DNA of 64,000 bases from Spirochaetota bacterium (GTDB lineage Bacteria; Spirochaetota; UBA4802; UBA5550), in assembly GCA_050298055.1 (NCBI GenBank), contig JBNKTL010000021.1, positions 22,054 to 86,053 on the forward strand. The letters run 5' to 3'. The notes under the pieces are model-generated. The model saw nothing but the letters and a program-made list of their open reading frames with translations, did not search any database and had not been told where the DNA came from. A program made the position numbers and the translations under genes. This document shows positions 1 through 10,169 of the stretch, piece by piece (the first letter of the stretch is position 1; each line of letters starts with the position of its first letter).

Positions 1-1551
1 GTCTGTATATCCAAACAGTCCCTGATAAACAGTTGATCCCTGATCAATAAACAAACCGCTTATAGTATGATCGTTCCCGTCAAATGTTCCTTTGAAAGGA
101 GCGCCGTTGTCCCCAATAGCAGTCCATTCACCATATCCACTCAGATCAATATCCGTCATTAATATATAGTAGTTGTCAAGTTCCCAGCCGGCTGCGACAC
201 CGCCTCGCATGGCATTCAGGTCCTCGGAAGAATAAACGTAATGCACAGGCACATAGCTGGCAGGGGGTGTGATGGTAATCGTGCTGGCAGTTGATTCATT
301 ATATGATGTATCAACAGCAGTTATTGTCAGTGTATAAGTGGTTCCTGTTGTAAACCCTGTTTGGGTTCTTGATGTTGTTCCGGCAGGTACCGTGGTACCT
401 GTTGCGCCGTCAGGGACCCAGGTGATCAATATGTGATCCAGGTCGCTGTCCGAGGGCTCGGTCCATGAAAGGGAGATCTGCCCGCCCCCTGCCTGTGTGG
501 CTATTAAGTCAGTTACCGGCCCCGGCTCAACTGCATCTGCCTGAATAATATAAGTTTCTGTTTTAATATCTTCAAGATTTCCGAGATTATCCTTAGCCCG
601 GTATCTCAGGGTATAGCTTCCCACACCGTCTGTACCCACGGTAATACTGGCCGAGCTTCCGCTTACGACAGTACCATTGCCGGAAAAATCAGGGACTGAC
701 CCGTCCAGGGTATAGGATATGGCGGCAACTCCCGACTTTGCGTCTGTTGATGAAATTGTTACAGGTATTGGCGAGAAAGAAGACGTACCCGCCACATCTA
801 CGCTTGATACGGGAGCATCATCGTCAATATCAAGGATAAATGAATATGTCGCAACACTTTCAAGGGAATCTTTTAAGACAACGGCAACTCTGTCGGGAGG
901 ATTCACCATCTGCGCATTGCCCGATTCCCCGGCCCATGAAGGTCCGTCAATTGAAATAATCACCTCGTCACCGGCGCCGTAAAAATAGCTTGCCCCCGAA
1001 TCATCCCAGGTGGCAGTTGCGCCGGTATCGTCATACACCAGGACCTCATAAAGACCGCTTTGATTGGCGGAAAAAGTCATCTCCGCCTGTGACGTTGATT
1101 TGATATATTCCGGTACGGTCCCAATGGCCGTTACCGTGGGACCGTCACGTGTTTCACCAAGTTCCAGCTGCCGGGAAACTGAAAATCCCTTGTTATCACT
1201 TACTTTAACTGAAACAGTTACCGACTGCGCCGACGTAAGATAACTTGCCGTATGAAATACGACCGTTGATCTATTGTCCGAATCGTTCTGATTTGAAAAA
1301 CTCCCGTCTTCGGAATCATATTCGAAAACCAGGGGTTCTCCTTCCGGATCGAGGGCGTCCACTGAAAGTGTAACTGCCAGATTTGGAGTAAGTTCCGTTC
1401 CCTCCGGGAGATCGCTGGCAAAGGATATGATGTCTGGATATTCATTTGTTTTAAAATCCTGCATGGGCTCAATGACATCATCGCATCCGGGCAAAATCGC
1501 GATGAAAATCAGAAGACTGCTTATTTTATGAATAATGTTCTGTTTTCTCAT
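1..1551 (-). CDS. Large surface lipoprotein with Ig/Fn3-like domains and a GLUG-type region; runs off the window start
   Basis: Not in the ORF track. Hand translation from ATG 1551 gives MRKQNIIHKISSLLIFIAILPGC (lipobox), an Fn3-like segment (ISLSWTEPSDSDLDH...YTLTITAVD) and YYILMTDIDLSGYGEWTAIG...FKGTFDGNDHTISGL; open to position 1. Confidence 0.85.
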   Translation of the reverse strand, partial: MRKQNIIHKISSLLIFIAILPGCDDVIEPMQDFKTNEYPDIISFASDLPEGTELTPNLAVTLSVDALDPEGEPLVFEYDSEDGSFSNQNDSDNRSTVVFHTASYLTSAQSVTVSVKVSDNKGFSVSRQLELGETRDGPTVTAIGTVPEYIKSTSQAEMTFSANQSGLYEVLVYDDTGATATWDDSGASYFYGAGDEVIISIDGPSWAGESGNAQMVNPPDRVAVVLKDSLESVATYSFILDIDDDAPVSSVDVAGTSSFSPIPVTISSTDAKSGVAAISYTLDGSVPDFSGNGTVVSGSSASITVGTDGVGSYTLRYRAKDNLGNLEDIKTETYIIQADAVEPGPVTDLIATQAGGGQISLSWTEPSDSDLDHILITWVPDGATGTTVPAGTTSRTQTGFTTGTTYTLTITAVDTSYNESTASTITITPPASYVPVHYVYSSEDLNAMRGGVAAGWELDNYYILMTDIDLSGYGEWTAIGDNGAPFKGTFDGNDHTISGLFIDQGSTVYQGLFGYTD

Positions 1552-1589
1552 TATAATCCTTTTTTCTCCGGCAGTTATTTTAATATCAG

Positions 1590-2300
1590 TTAATACGTAA
1601 AATCTTCAGATCTAAAAACCTGGCGTTGAAAATTATCAATTAATATTATATATACAGTATACGTACCTGATGGTGTTAACTCAACATCAACGCCTCCTCC
1701 TGTACCTGCTTTAATTATAAAAGAAGCGGTTTCTCCACGATTATAAAAATGGCTGGCGCTTGCCTGGTCAAATTCGGAATTGCCGATGCGCGTTTGATAA
1801 AATCCCGAAGAGTCGGCAACAAATGAAACGTTAACCGTTTGTCCGTTAGTCAGTGTTGTTTCGGGCCATGTTACCGTAATATTCGGAGCGGACCTCCCGT
1901 CGCCTATATCGAGTATTGATACGGAAGAACCGCCTTTACTGTCCGTTGCTGTAACTGTTATGGGGATTGACTCGCTTGTGGGGCATTCACTGCTTATGAA
2001 AAATTCAATATTGCATCCGCCTTCCCTGTCCTGCTGCCGCCTGAAGGTACCGTAATCCGAACTGAATGTATAAGTAATATTATCATTTTCCTCATCCAGT
2101 GCCTCTACAGAAAGATTGACCTGCATGTTGGGAAGTATTTCTTCATCTTCTGCAATATCCGAGTTAAAGCTGACAATTTGAGGCGGCGTATTTTTTTCAA
2201 AGTCTTTTAATTCGGAAATCAACTCACCTTCGCAACCTGTGAATAAGAACAGAATTGTCATTATGATATTTAAAGATACTGCCTGGTTATTCGTTTTCAT
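1590..2300 (-). CDS. Lipoprotein with Ig-like domains, paralogous to the N-terminus of the 1..1551 protein
   Basis: Likely start MKTNNQ at 2300; lipobox LFTGC; PNMQVNLSVEALD matches PNLAVTLSVDALD in the neighbour. Confidence 0.75.
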   Translation of the reverse strand: MKTNNQAVSLNIIMTILFLFTGCEGELISELKDFEKNTPPQIVSFNSDIAEDEEILPNMQVNLSVEALDEENDNITYTFSSDYGTFRRQQDREGGCNIEFFISSECPTSESIPITVTATDSKGGSSVSILDIGDGRSAPNITVTWPETTLTNGQTVNVSFVADSSGFYQTRIGNSEFDQASASHFYNRGETASFIIKAGTGGGVDVELTPSGTYTVYIILIDNFQRQVFRSEDFTY

Positions 2301-2311
2301 CTTGATAATCT

Positions 2312-3163
2312 CTATAACATATAATGGCATGAAATACTGAATAATGCGCTCTGTAAATAATCCGATTTGTCATAAAAGACCACATATTCCCCCCATACAC
2401 CGAGACGGACCCTGTGGCGTATTTCATACGTAATCCCGGCGCCGGCAAGCCCTTCTAATGCATTGGATTTTAAGACTTCACCTTCACCGGTATCAAATTC
2501 CATAACTCCCATACCCGCACCCAGCTTAGGAAAAAAATTAAATTTCCCAATTTTCAGATTATAAACCGCGCTGAGCGTTACCGGGATGACCTGAAGATAC
2601 TGGCCGGTATTCCCGCTTCCCGCACGCAGGTACCCGGATTCAACCAGGAGACGAAGGTTTGCTGCCAGCATGGAGTTAAATCCGATACCAAAACCATACA
2701 GAAGTGAAGGTTTTAGTTCGGCTCCCCCTGAATCCATGGGAAGAAACAGAGACGGTTTCAGAAATAATTCAAGATCAACCGGGTAGATGCTGTCCCGTGA
2801 TATTTGCCTGATCTCACTTTTACTGATTGTTTTTTCGTCAGGTGAATTGCGGTTTTCTCTGAGGATTAATTTCTTATCATCCTGATCAACAAGAAAACCT
2901 TTAATAATCCTTCCGTCCTGCATTAAGATATAGACCTGCTCCATATCCATGTTTCCGTAAAGAATTCTTTTAATCTCGCTGATCCTGACATCCCTGTTAC
3001 CGGCATCTGTCCGAACGGTAATACCTGTTTTCCCTTCTTTGACAATGGCGCCCTTAATGACCTTACCATTTTTAAGGTATACAATTTCTCCCGAGGCAGG
3101 AAGAGCAAAAAAAACAGGTATTAAAAGAAAAAAGAATTTTATTGCAACATAGTGCTTACGCAT
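2312..3163 (-). CDS. Outer-membrane beta-barrel protein with two N-terminal small beta modules
   Basis: Signal peptide; two ~40-aa repeats (YLKNGKVIKG...SEIKRI, LMQDGRIIKG...SEIRQI); C-terminal alternating Gly/aromatic strands. Confidence 0.7.
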   Translation of the reverse strand: MRKHYVAIKFFFLLIPVFFALPASGEIVYLKNGKVIKGAIVKEGKTGITVRTDAGNRDVRISEIKRILYGNMDMEQVYILMQDGRIIKGFLVDQDDKKLILRENRNSPDEKTISKSEIRQISRDSIYPVDLELFLKPSLFLPMDSGGAELKPSLLYGFGIGFNSMLAANLRLLVESGYLRAGSGNTGQYLQVIPVTLSAVYNLKIGKFNFFPKLGAGMGVMEFDTGEGEVLKSNALEGLAGAGITYEIRHRVRLGVWGEYVVFYDKSDYLQSALFSISCHYML

Positions 3164-3187
3164 TTTATTTAACTTCTGTTATCTGTA

Positions 3188-4114
3188 TTATTTTGCCGGT
3201 ATCCTTCGTCTTATTTCCGATTTTGGAATTGAAATAATATTTTCCCCTGTATTAAGATTTACCTTATCTGCTGTAGTATTCTCAACAGCGCCGATCAACT
3301 GGCTACCGTCTTTAAGATAGAGCTTAACAAGAGGTTTTCCCTGCTTTCTGAGTTTATCAAGGAGAGTTTCCTGTAGGCCCAGTCTCTCTTCATTGATTTT
3401 TTCCTTTTCGGAATTTACCTTTTCGAACTCTTTTTCAATCTCTTCGGTAGTTTTACTTTCAACATTTTTAACAAAAGGGTGCAACGCGTACTGTTCGAGT
3501 ACCAGCTCCTCAGCTCTTTTTTGAGAAGAAAGTGAAATTCTTTCATTTTGATCAACAAGAGCACTCATCTTTTTCGTTACGATTTTTTCTTTTCCGGTTG
3601 TTTTTCCCGCAACAGCAACTGAACCTTCTCTCACGAGCACTTTCTGAAAACCCGGGTTGGCCTGCACAAGAAACTGCGTACCGCGAACAGAAGCAACCAG
3701 TGTTTTAGTCTGAACTCTATAATGGATACCTGTTCTTTTTTCAATTTTTGAAAAAACCGAACCTGATTTAAGATTAACAACAGTGCTTTCATCCCCACCA
3801 AATATCTCTTTCATTTCCAGCCGGGAATTTTCAGTAAGATGCAGAACCCCGATCCTTTTTATTTGAAATGTTGCATAGGATTTATTACCGGTTTCTATTG
3901 TGGAACCCGGTTTAACAACGTCCTTTACTTTCAACGGACCGGACATACCGTCTGCGGATATAGATTTAACATTACCTGCTATGAAAGTAACCACTGCTTT
4001 TTGAACTGTTTTCAGAGATTCTTCAGCAGACTCATTCTTTTTACAGGATAATGGAATAAAAAGAAGGGCTACTAAAAAACTAATAATAAATTTTAGAAAA
4101 TTTGTGCTTATCAT
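3188..4114 (-). CDS. FecR-domain lipoprotein (LipL45-like)
   Basis: Lipobox IPLSC; FecR motifs IETGNKS, VQTKTLVASVRGTQF, VLVREGSV. Start at 4114 or 4129. Confidence 0.8.
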   Translation of the reverse strand: MISTNFLKFIISFLVALLFIPLSCKKNESAEESLKTVQKAVVTFIAGNVKSISADGMSGPLKVKDVVKPGSTIETGNKSYATFQIKRIGVLHLTENSRLEMKEIFGGDESTVVNLKSGSVFSKIEKRTGIHYRVQTKTLVASVRGTQFLVQANPGFQKVLVREGSVAVAGKTTGKEKIVTKKMSALVDQNERISLSSQKRAEELVLEQYALHPFVKNVESKTTEEIEKEFEKVNSEKEKINEERLGLQETLLDKLRKQGKPLVKLYLKDGSQLIGAVENTTADKVNLNTGENIISIPKSEIRRRIPAK

Positions 4115-4650
4115 TTTAAATGACCTCATATGTTTTAAATTAAATAATTTCCTAATTATAGAAAGTTTTCTGCCAACAGAGAAAAAGAATAACAAGAAGG
4201 ATGAAAACGAGGATCGGATATCACATATGAAGCCTCATGAACGGGACACATTAAAGATTACGTGAAGACCTGATGCCTTGATATTAATTCCCTCTCCGGG
4301 ACATAATATTCCCTCACAAGCTTTATTTTCTTGCTTTCTTAACGTATTCTCTCTTAATACTTTAAAATTTCCCAGAAGAATGACTCAAGAGAGGGAATTC
4401 TCTTTTAGTTTAAAAATTTTTATTAATTTCGCTATAATATACACAAAAAAACTCATTTTGTCAATATTGATAGTACACTTTTTTTATTTTATTGTATTTT
4501 CTCAACTGTATGATGATGAATTGTAATTATAACACACTATTAATAATAATGTCATTCCCGCGAAGAAAGATAAAGAAGAAGTTTCTCACGAAGCTCACAA
4601 AAATCACGAAGGAAGAGGAAGAAGAGTGTAATAATGGAGATAAAAAAAAC

Positions 4651-6807
4651 CTACATCACCTTGAAGATAAGAACAAGGACATCTGACTCAGGTTTGGCGG
4701 AACCCATAAAATCCAGGTAAGACCTGTTAAATATATCGGTAATCTCGTGGGGCCTCCTCGTTCTGTTTTCGCGAATGATATTTCTCAGCCTGACCAGTCC
4801 GAATGCCTGTTCATCATCATTTTTAGAACTGAGTAGTGATTTTGAGTAGAGGATACCTATATCGTCCTTTTGAAGCTGAGTTTTTCCTATACCGTAATTG
4901 GTATTTTCATCGTAACCCAGGGGTATCCCTTCGGTATCAAGTGAATCAAAATCACCCCTCTCTACTCTGAAAACTTCAAGAGCGGGGAAACCGGCATTGG
5001 TATACATAAGCCCCATACTTTTATAATCGAAGAAAAAGTAGTATGACGTAACCAGGCCCCCCTTCCCCCCGGTGTACAGATAAAGCAGCTTGTTCAACTT
5101 CTGCATAATGGCATATGTGGAGGGGGCCTCGTTAACGGAGGACTGAAAAGCCGATCTTAAAAGGACAGAATAGAGAGCACTGTTTACTCCTATTCCGGAA
5201 ACGTCTGTGGCAATGACACCTATTCCCATATCAGCCGGTCTTATGAAATCAAAATAATCCACACCTTCTTCATACCGGGGAATCATAAAAGCGCCGAACT
5301 TAATCCCCTTAACCCTGGGAAGATGTTTCGGCACAGAGTTTGATAAGATATACGATGAAAGGTAACCGGTCCTTCTGATATACTGCTCCTGCTTTGCCTT
5401 CTGGGCAAAAAATGCTGTTGAAATAAAATCGTTACTCTCAAGGTGAAATTGTTCAAGCCGTGTCATCTCGTCTGTTGTAAATGAAAGCATTTTTTCTTTT
5501 TCCCCGAGACAGAGCATTCCAAAGAGTCTTTTTTCGTGATAGACAGGAAAGATTATTTTAAACCCGTTTGATTCGAAGTACTCTGCAAGATCATCCCTGA
5601 CCGATTCAAAACTAACATCATCTCTATAGATCCTGTCCCTGTGGAGCATATGGTGATTTCTCACAAACCATTTGATAACAGGTGAACTTCTCTCCACAGG
5701 TTTAACATCCAACTCGCCTATGTTTTTTGCTGTTCTATAATATGCCAGTTCATACATTCTTGAATTTTCATTAAAAACGAGAAAAACAACCCTTTGCAGC
5801 TGCATGGCTTCGAACATTACATCTACCGTTCTCTGGATAACATATTCGGGACTGATAAATTTCCTGACCTCCCTGACAAACTCATTGAGAGTTCTCTCAA
5901 ATTCATAAAATTTTCTTTTAAAGAGCTTATCAATCTGCGGAACAAGTGAAATTGAAAAGACAATAAAAACAAGAACGATACTGCCGGCAATCACATGAGA
6001 CTCCAAACCGGAAAATAACACTGTTTTATTTTCAGTGAAATAAAGGATAAGATATACAGGAGTAAATGTTATAATCAGATGAAATATTACCATGGGGACC
6101 CTGTTAATAACCGTAGAGAGGTCCATAAGGTTGTGATTGATAACAGAATAGAACACCGATGATGCTCCAATAATGACTGCCAGAGAAGGTCCAATAATAT
6201 AGAGGTCTGAATAGTTAAAAAATCTCGGAAGAATAAGAGCACAGACCGCGGCAATTATTGCAGAGATACAGGAACCGAGAAACACGTATTTTAACTGCAA
6301 ACGGTAAACATCGATCTTTATTTTTATATATTTTCGAATAAAATTACCCGTTGCCAGGAAAAGATAGAACAGCGCGATACCTGCGTATATATTGTAAAAG
6401 GGCCCGAAATCCCTGACAATCACTCCTTCCACCATTCGTGCAGAGGTAATTGAAAAATCCGTAACCATGATTATGATACCAGTCACCAGGGCCGGAAGAA
6501 TTGAAATAACCATTACGGTCATTGACGGCCTTTTCTCCAGAAGGGGGAAAACCAGTGAGATAAGAAAAGCAGATGAGAAAAAGAGAACTGTAAAAAACTG
6601 GGTAATCCTGTTCATATATGTCAGGGCAGGCGTGTCAGGGAATGCATAGGAGAGAAACATTGAGAAGATAATACCAAAGACAGTAATGAGAAAAAAGAAA
6701 AGGTACCTGTTAAGAATAGCCCTCCAGTTCTTTATTAAAACAAATACTGCCATATAGAGCGGCAATGCAGATGCCATCAGTGATATTATCAGACTGAGTG
6801 TATACAT
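4651..6807 (-). CDS. 7TM (HisKA_7TM-like) sensor + GAF + SpoIIE/PP2C-like domain protein
   Basis: Multiple N-terminal TM helices; GAF-like GMLCLGEK; PP2C motifs GVDYFDF, TDVSGIG, YTNAG. Confidence 0.85.
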   Translation of the reverse strand: MYTLSLIISLMASALPLYMAVFVLIKNWRAILNRYLFFFLITVFGIIFSMFLSYAFPDTPALTYMNRITQFFTVLFFSSAFLISLVFPLLEKRPSMTVMVISILPALVTGIIIMVTDFSITSARMVEGVIVRDFGPFYNIYAGIALFYLFLATGNFIRKYIKIKIDVYRLQLKYVFLGSCISAIIAAVCALILPRFFNYSDLYIIGPSLAVIIGASSVFYSVINHNLMDLSTVINRVPMVIFHLIITFTPVYLILYFTENKTVLFSGLESHVIAGSIVLVFIVFSISLVPQIDKLFKRKFYEFERTLNEFVREVRKFISPEYVIQRTVDVMFEAMQLQRVVFLVFNENSRMYELAYYRTAKNIGELDVKPVERSSPVIKWFVRNHHMLHRDRIYRDDVSFESVRDDLAEYFESNGFKIIFPVYHEKRLFGMLCLGEKEKMLSFTTDEMTRLEQFHLESNDFISTAFFAQKAKQEQYIRRTGYLSSYILSNSVPKHLPRVKGIKFGAFMIPRYEEGVDYFDFIRPADMGIGVIATDVSGIGVNSALYSVLLRSAFQSSVNEAPSTYAIMQKLNKLLYLYTGGKGGLVTSYYFFFDYKSMGLMYTNAGFPALEVFRVERGDFDSLDTEGIPLGYDENTNYGIGKTQLQKDDIGILYSKSLLSSKNDDEQAFGLVRLRNIIRENRTRRPHEITDIFNRSYLDFMGSAKPESDVLVLIFKVM

Positions 6808-6851
6808 TTTATATCCCTGTTTCCTGTCTTTATGGATTTACAGAATTTTTA

Positions 6852-6987
6852 ATCACTATTCAAATATGAATAAAATATATATATCAAAAAAATTTAATGA
6901 TGTTTCCCCGCCGCCTTCGGCGGCGGGGAACACCCGTTATGTTTTGTTAATGAATATAACTTTTCTTATACATAACTGAGTAGATAC
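6852..6987. mobile_element. Degenerate MITE-like element with internal GC hairpin
   Basis: Ends atcactattcaa / cataactgagtagatac; 12-bp stem ttccccgccgcc-ttc-ggcggcggggaa at 6904-6930; similar to 62661-62780. Confidence 0.55.
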
Positions 6988-7194
6988 GATTATTTATTGA
7001 TATTCAGGGAAGAAATGACAAGGAAAAAACAAAGAGAAGTGTATTTTTTTGTTATTGAACCGCAAAGAAACAAGGCCGCTGAGGGAGAAAGATTAAAGAA
7101 AAGGTTTAACAGAAAGCTCACGAAGAAAGAGGAAGTTGAATGTAAATAAGGAAAATTAAAACTTACTTTTTTTTATCAGCTGAGAAAAAGAAGA

Positions 7195-7899
7195 TCACGG
7201 GTAAACCCTGAACCTTATACTCCTCTTCCCGGTTAATTCAGTTCCGCTCCCCTTCGGCAGCATCCTGTTGCCTGTACTGACTTCTTCGAAATTCCCTGAA
7301 CCGGGATTGAGAGACCTGAAAGACTGGTCAGATCCTGACACGATTTTAAACTTTATCTTATGGAAACCGCTGTGCCCCAGTTTTCTGTAGAGGGTCTTGA
7401 ACCTGTCATAGTTTATTTCTCCCTCAACATAGTTATCGGAAACCTTGAGAACTTTTGCCTTCAGATCGCTTACGATATTCACAATTCTCTCCTGGTTGCC
7501 GATCTCACTCCTGCCGTCAGAATGCAGAATGATCCTCTTTTCCCCGGCATCCCTTGATATTGTTGTTTCCTGGGAATCGGCAAAATATGTTGTGGCAATG
7601 TATGAACCGGAGAGAATAACCAGTACCGCAGCTGCCGCGGGCAGATACCTCAGGACAAGTTTCTTTCTCTTTCCAATTTTTATCATCCTGAGAGTATTAC
7701 CGGACAGATCACAGAGGTTAAAGTCCTGGTATCTGAGGCACGATACGAACTTCACAGTCTTCTTGAGCCTGCCGTACTCCTCGTTGCACCGGGGGCAGTC
7801 ATCCAGGTGACGGAGAGTATTTTCTTTTTCTTCAAAGGTTGGCAGTTCATCATCAAACAGGTCTGACAACGTTGAGAACTCAAAACATGATTTGCTCAT
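7195..7899 (-). CDS. Anti-sigma factor with zf-HC2 zinc finger and one TM helix
   Basis: HLDDCPRC motif; TM segment LPAAAAVLVILSGSYI; directly downstream of the ECF sigma. Confidence 0.85.
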   Translation of the reverse strand: MSKSCFEFSTLSDLFDDELPTFEEKENTLRHLDDCPRCNEEYGRLKKTVKFVSCLRYQDFNLCDLSGNTLRMIKIGKRKKLVLRYLPAAAAVLVILSGSYIATTYFADSQETTISRDAGEKRIILHSDGRSEIGNQERIVNIVSDLKAKVLKVSDNYVEGEINYDRFKTLYRKLGHSGFHKIKFKIVSGSDQSFRSLNPGSGNFEEVSTGNRMLPKGSGTELTGKRSIRFRVYP

Positions 7900-7900
7900 A

Positions 7901-8473
7901 TTATATCAATCCTCTTGCATAAAGTCTGTTTTTTAAAAATTCTCTTCCTCTGTGTATTCTCACTTTAACATTGGATAGTTTTATGTCAAGAATTTCTGCA
8001 ATTTCATTGTACGAAAGTCCTTCAATATCCCTCATTAAAAGGATCTCTTTATAATCTTCGGGGAGTTTATTTATCTCTTCCCTGACGATTCTCAAAGAGT
8101 CATTTGTAATAACTTCATCTTCCGGGTTCTCTCTTTCATCGGGAAGCTGAATATCGAACTCATCTTCACCCCTCGTTATATTGAGAGGGACCGTACTGTA
8201 CCGTGAATTCTTTTTCTGATAATTTTTACAATAATTAACCATAATACTGTATAACCATGTGGAAAACTTGGCTGCTCTTCTGAATGATGCAAGTGCTTCA
8301 ATTGACATGATAAATATTTCCTGTGTAATGTCTAATGCTTCATCATAGTTATGAAACTTGGAATAGACATACCTGAATACCATCTTTTGATATTTCTCAA
8401 TAATATGAGAAAATGCTTCAACATCACCGTCTAAAACCCGGTCAATTATCATTATATCATCTGAATTTGTCAT
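7901..8473 (-). CDS. ECF RNA polymerase sigma factor
   Basis: Region 2 DITQEIFI...FSTWLYSI; region 4 EGLSYNEIAEIL...VKVRIHRGR. Confidence 0.95.
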   Translation of the reverse strand: MTNSDDIMIIDRVLDGDVEAFSHIIEKYQKMVFRYVYSKFHNYDEALDITQEIFIMSIEALASFRRAAKFSTWLYSIMVNYCKNYQKKNSRYSTVPLNITRGEDEFDIQLPDERENPEDEVITNDSLRIVREEINKLPEDYKEILLMRDIEGLSYNEIAEILDIKLSNVKVRIHRGREFLKNRLYARGLI

Positions 8474-8497
8474 TTAATGTCCTTTAGAGTTACAAAA

Positions 8498-9733
8498 TTA
8501 TCCGGAAATTTTTATAAATCTTCTCTTGCCAACCTTCAGTATTCCTTCAACAGGGAGCTCGAATTCAAAGTTACTGTCTGTTATCCTTTCATCGTCGAAA
8601 GAGACGCCTCCCCCCTGGATCACCCTTCTGGCTTCACCGTTGGTTTTGGACATTCCGCTTGAAACAAGAAGTTTGACGATCCAGACACGGCCTTCAGTTT
8701 TTAACTCATCGGAAATTTCAAATTCTTCCACCTCATCGGGAAGTCCTTTATCAACAAAAATCTTGTTGAACTCCGCTTCAGCGCTCTCTGCCGTTTCCCT
8801 GTCATAAAACTGCGCGCAGATCTCTTTGGCAAGCCTGACCTTGGCGTCCCTGGGGTGGAGTTTCCCGCTCTTCATATTGGATTTAATGGATTCAACCTCA
8901 TCCATGGGAACATCCGTCACAAGCTCATAGTAATGAAACATCAGGTCATCGGATATTGACATTATCTTGCCGAATATTTCTCCCGGTTTTTCATCAATAC
9001 CCACATAATTGTTGAGGGATTTACTCATCTTATCTGTTCCGTCAAGACCCACCAGAAGCGGCATGGTAATGACTATCTGGGGTTTCTGCCCGTATTCCCT
9101 CTGGAGATCCCGGCCCACAAGAAGGTTGAACTTCTGGTCGGTCCCCCCGAGCTCAACATCGGCCTTTAAGGCCACTGAATCGTAACCCTGAATAAGCGGG
9201 TACATAAATTCAAGAATTGAGATGGATACACCCGTCTGGTACCTCTTTTTAAAATCGTCCCTCTCAAGCATCCGGGCAACATTATATTTGGAGGTAAGTT
9301 CAAGGACTTCCGCAAAGTCCATACCGCTGCACCACTTTGAGTTGAACTCTACAATGGTCTTATCCTTATTGAGAATCTTAAAGAACTGCTTCTTATAGGT
9401 TTCGGCATTTTCAAGGACCTCTTCCCGTGTGAGCCTCTTCCTGGTTTCCGATTTTCCCGTGGGATCACCGATCATACCGGTAAAATCGCCTATGAGGAAA
9501 ACAACATGGTGCCCCATATCCTGAAAATGCCTCATCTTCCTGAGGAGCACCGTATGCCCCAGGTGTATGTCCGGTGCCGTGGGATCAAATCCCGCTTTTA
9601 TGACCAGGGGTTTTTGCTTTTCCTCCGACTCATGAATCAGCCTGTCAAAATCATCCCCGGGGATTATCTCTTCGGTTCCCCGCTTCAGGAGGTCAATGTC
9701 ATTTTTAATTTCACGTTTATCGCTTGTATTCAT
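8498..9733 (-). CDS. tyrS: Tyrosine--tRNA ligase
   Basis: [27 protein letters not shown]-terminal S4 domain. Confidence 0.98.
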   Translation of the reverse strand: MNTSDKREIKNDIDLLKRGTEEIIPGDDFDRLIHESEEKQKPLVIKAGFDPTAPDIHLGHTVLLRKMRHFQDMGHHVVFLIGDFTGMIGDPTGKSETRKRLTREEVLENAETYKKQFFKILNKDKTIVEFNSKWCSGMDFAEVLELTSKYNVARMLERDDFKKRYQTGVSISILEFMYPLIQGYDSVALKADVELGGTDQKFNLLVGRDLQREYGQKPQIVITMPLLVGLDGTDKMSKSLNNYVGIDEKPGEIFGKIMSISDDLMFHYYELVTDVPMDEVESIKSNMKSGKLHPRDAKVRLAKEICAQFYDRETAESAEAEFNKIFVDKGLPDEVEEFEISDELKTEGRVWIVKLLVSSGMSKTNGEARRVIQGGGVSFDDERITDSNFEFELPVEGILKVGKRRFIKISG

Positions 9734-9768
9734 GGTATTCTCTTCTGATTCCCTCTGTTTATTTCAAC

Positions 9769-10110
9769 TCAGTGTTCCTTTTTATTATTATCATCCCGGC
9801 TCTCTTCGTCTCCATCAGCCTCTTCATCAAGCCCTTCCCTGCCGTCCTCATCCATGGTCTCCATGAGGTCCTCTATCTCAAAATCGGGGCCATACTCCCG
9901 GGTAAAATAGTATTGTGCCACAATCCCGATAAGCTCCTTCCGCGATTCTTCGGCATCATTTTCTTCAAAAAACCCGATAATGAGCGGGTCTTCCTTCCCG
10001 GTCAGATAAACCTCAAACCCGAAACCATTTTCGACTTTTACCAGGGCCCCTACCGCAGAAATACTGGGAATCACAACAGCGATATCACCATAATCTATTA
10101 CCGGAAGCAT
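9769..10110 (-). CDS. Hypothetical acidic protein
   Basis: 113-aa ORF co-oriented between dnaJ and tyrS with RBS GGAG; acidic tail. Confidence 0.7.
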   Translation of the reverse strand: MLPVIDYGDIAVVIPSISAVGALVKVENGFGFEVYLTGKEDPLIIGFFEENDAEESRKELIGIVAQYYFTREYGPDFEIEDLMETMDEDGREGLDEEADGDEESRDDNNKKEH

Positions 10111-10169
10111 AGTTTTTCTCCATATTACACGTTTTTAAAATAAAATGAAAAACCGGGAGATTCACTCTT

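Noticed and set aside
719..1481. Two 87-aa ORFs in the track
   Set aside because: They overlap the long minus-strand lipoprotein frame 1..1551, which the track missed.
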